Shown: positions 30,343 through 32,000 of the stretch, one piece after another
Position numbering within the stretch: the stretch's first letter is position 1
Layout of the letters: each line of letters begins with the position of its first letter
Assembly (NCBI GenBank): GCA_043815805.1
Contig: JBDRIN010000004.1
Location: 1-32,000, forward strand
Direction of reading: 5' to 3'
DNA length: 32,000 nt
Origin: an archaeon
Lineage (GTDB): Archaea; Nanobdellota; Nanobdellia; Woesearchaeales; JBDRIN01
The notes under the pieces: generated by a model
What the model saw: the letters and a program-made list of their open reading frames with translations, nothing else
The model's database searches: none
Told to the model about the DNA's origin: nothing
Position numbers and translations under genes: made by a program

Positions 30343-32000
30343 CTATTTATGTGTGAACCAGAATTTGAGTTTTGTCTTGGTTTTCTCGTCTAATCTTATG
30401 AACCCGAACCTTTCTGCCTGGATGATGTCTCCTTCTTCCAGTTTAGAGATGGAATTTTCTCCAATCCCCTTTATGATGGAATGATCCGGCATCAGGACCT
30501 CTATGTTTATGTTATCTTTAGAGACCGGCAGCCAGTGCATTATCTTCTCTCCTTCCATCTTGTATTTGTGATAGTCTGTCGAATCGAACTTGAAGTCTTT
30601 GGATTTTCTGAAGTTTAGGCAATCCATCAATCGATAGAGCTTGTTGTACTCTAATTCTTTAAGATCTTTTTTTGTTATGTAGAACTCTTCATGCGTCTTG
30701 AAGTTCCTGTAGCCTCTCTTCGGATGATCAGGATGGAGTTTCAGTTGGATGTTCTGTTTCGGTGCTCCTTCAATCTTTATCTTGACCGGATCTTCTATAA
30801 AGAAATATCTGTTGACAGACTGGTCCAAAAGCCTCCTGTTGATAGCTGCGATTCTTGTCCAGTCTATATTGGTCGGGGTCTTTGAAAGTCCGACCTCTTT
30901 CACGAGCTCATAGAACATCTCTTTTATTATTCCACGCCTTTTCAGCGCTCTTAATGTTACCAGGGAAGGATCATCCCATCCCGAGACTTGTTTTTTTTCT
31001 ATCAGCTCTCTTATCTCCCTGCCCTGGGTGACTGCGCCGACGATGTTGAATCTGCCGTATTGCACGACGGTCTGTTTCTTGAAGCCAAGAAGATCCTTGA
31101 TATAGTTCTGGAGCTCTATGCGCATAAGCCCGAACTCTGAAGATCTTAATATGTGAGTTATTCCGCAGAGGTGCTCCTCTACTGCGTTCTCGAAATCATA
31201 CATGGGCCAGACAGCGTATTTGTCTTTTTGTCGATAATGTTTTTCTAATGCTATCCTAAATATGACTGGATCGCGCATGACGTAATTTTTTGATTTCATG
31301 TCGCCTTTTAATCTAAGAACTGCCTTGCCCTCCAAGTATTTTCTATCGAGCATGTTTTTCCATTCTTCTAAGTTTTTCTTGGTTCCATGACGTCTGCAAT
31401 CGCAAGCATTCCCTTTTTCTCTGAGCTCTTTCATCTTGTCCCTGTCGCAGAAACAGACATAGGCATCTTTCTTGTTTATGAGTTTTTCTGCTAGCTCGTA
31501 AAAGGTTGCCATGTCATCGCTGACAAAGACGGTCTTGTCTGGTTTTATGTCAAGGTATTCCAGGACGTCTTGTTTCATGGCGTCGACGTATTCCTGCTTT
31601 GCCGCTGCAGGGTTGGTGTCCTCGAATCTTAGTATGGATTTCCCTTTGTATCTCTTTGCATATATATAATTAAGTAGGAAACTTAAAGCATGGCCTATAT
31701 GGTTATACTTGCTGGGCTCAGGAGGTATTCTTGTTACGACTTTTCCTGGCACTGCATTGGGCAGCTCAGGCAGGTCTTTCTTTTTTTTCTCTTTCTTTTC
31801 CAACAGCTCAGGAGCGATAGCTTCCAGTTTCGCTGTCTGTTCCTCGACGCTAAGCTCATTTATATGCATCACGATCTCCCTGACTTTGGCAGAGAGCTCT
31901 TTAAGCTTGTCTTTCAGTTTAGGCTTCTCCTGAATGCAAGCACCGATGACAGCCCCCACCCTAGCGTTGCCGTCGAACTTGATGGCGTTCTGCAGGGCAT
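30343..32000 (-). CDS. gltX: Glutamyl-tRNA synthetase (archaeal GlxRS type), 5' end beyond window
   Basis: Motifs are VVTRIPPEPSKYNHIGHALS (HIGH), RFEDTNP and GWDDPSLVTLRALKRRGI. The frame stays open upstream of the track's GTG (31959) to the window edge (...ALQNAIKFDGNARVGAVIG), so the CDS is partial. Confidence 0.85.
   Translation of the reverse strand, partial: ALQNAIKFDGNARVGAVIGACIQEKPKLKDKLKELSAKVREIVMHINELSVEEQTAKLEAIAPELLEKKEKKKKDLPELPNAVPGKVVTRIPPEPSKYNHIGHALSFLLNYIYAKRYKGKSILRFEDTNPAAAKQEYVDAMKQDVLEYLDIKPDKTVFVSDDMATFYELAEKLINKKDAYVCFCDRDKMKELREKGNACDCRRHGTKKNLEEWKNMLDRKYLEGKAVLRLKGDMKSKNYVMRDPVIFRIALEKHYRQKDKYAVWPMYDFENAVEEHLCGITHILRSSEFGLMRIELQNYIKDLLGFKKQTVVQYGRFNIVGAVTQGREIRELIEKKQVSGWDDPSLVTLRALKRRGIIKEMFYELVKEVGLSKTPTNIDWTRIAAINRRLLDQSVNRYFFIEDPVKIKIEGAPKQNIQLKLHPDHPKRGYRNFKTHEEFYITKKDLKELEYNKLYRLMDCLNFRKSKDFKFDSTDYHKYKMEGEKIMHWLPVSKDNINIEVLMPDHSIIKGIGENSISKLEEGDIIQAERFGFIRLDEKTKTKLKFWFTHK

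Noticed and set aside
1-32000. CRISPR arrays or other long tandem repeats
   Set aside because: I saw no regularly spaced direct repeats of 24-40 nt on either strand. The only repeats are the short dispersed elements reported above and purine-rich coding low-complexity.
31720-32000. N-terminal appended helical domain on GluRS (…ALQNAIKFDGNARVGAVIG…) as a novelty, and an apparently missing KMSKS loop (AVTQGREI)
   Set aside because: As far as I recall, a GatB/YqeY-like N-terminal domain is common in archaeal GluRS, so it is not unusual. The KMSKS judgement depends on an alignment I cannot do reliably by eye.

Overview
The window has two very different parts. Positions 1 to ~9,950 are GC-rich. 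They carry 11 co-directional (+) ORFs with Shine-Dalgarno sites and a diderm-bacterial envelope flavour: two lipobox lipoproteins (one TPR-rich), several signal-peptide proteins, a clear OprO/OprP-family porin, small membrane proteins and an orphan MutS-related ABC-type ATPase. These ORFs are separated by unusually long spacers (243-375 nt) that contain repeated hairpin elements. Positions ~9,990 to 32,000 are AT-rich and clearly archaeal: eS19, eL39, eL31, eL15, eL21, uL11, Rpo4/F, Spt5, SecE, FtsZ, thermosome, archaeal-type TIM, CMP kinase and GluRS. Promoters there use TTTATAAA TATA boxes and many transcripts look leaderless. An IS200-type (Y1 TnpA) element lies 30-80 nt to the right of the composition switch. 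The main open question is whether this junction is a real inter-domain acquisition or an assembly chimera. On the GC-rich side I also flag a two-copy structured ~100-nt element, a hairpin family, a shared 16-mer, an apparent frame switch in a small ORF, and altered motifs in the MutS-like ATPase. On the archaeal side I flag a bacterial-type Lgt, an HPF/RaiA-like protein, K/E/P-rich tails on many housekeeping proteins (with a shared tail module on eS19 and eL31), a duplicated hairpin-plus-tail element abutting two promoters, and a radical SAM/SPASM enzyme with a CX5CX2C cluster motif. I saw no rRNA, tRNA or CRISPR array. All family calls come from reading motifs by eye, not from searches.
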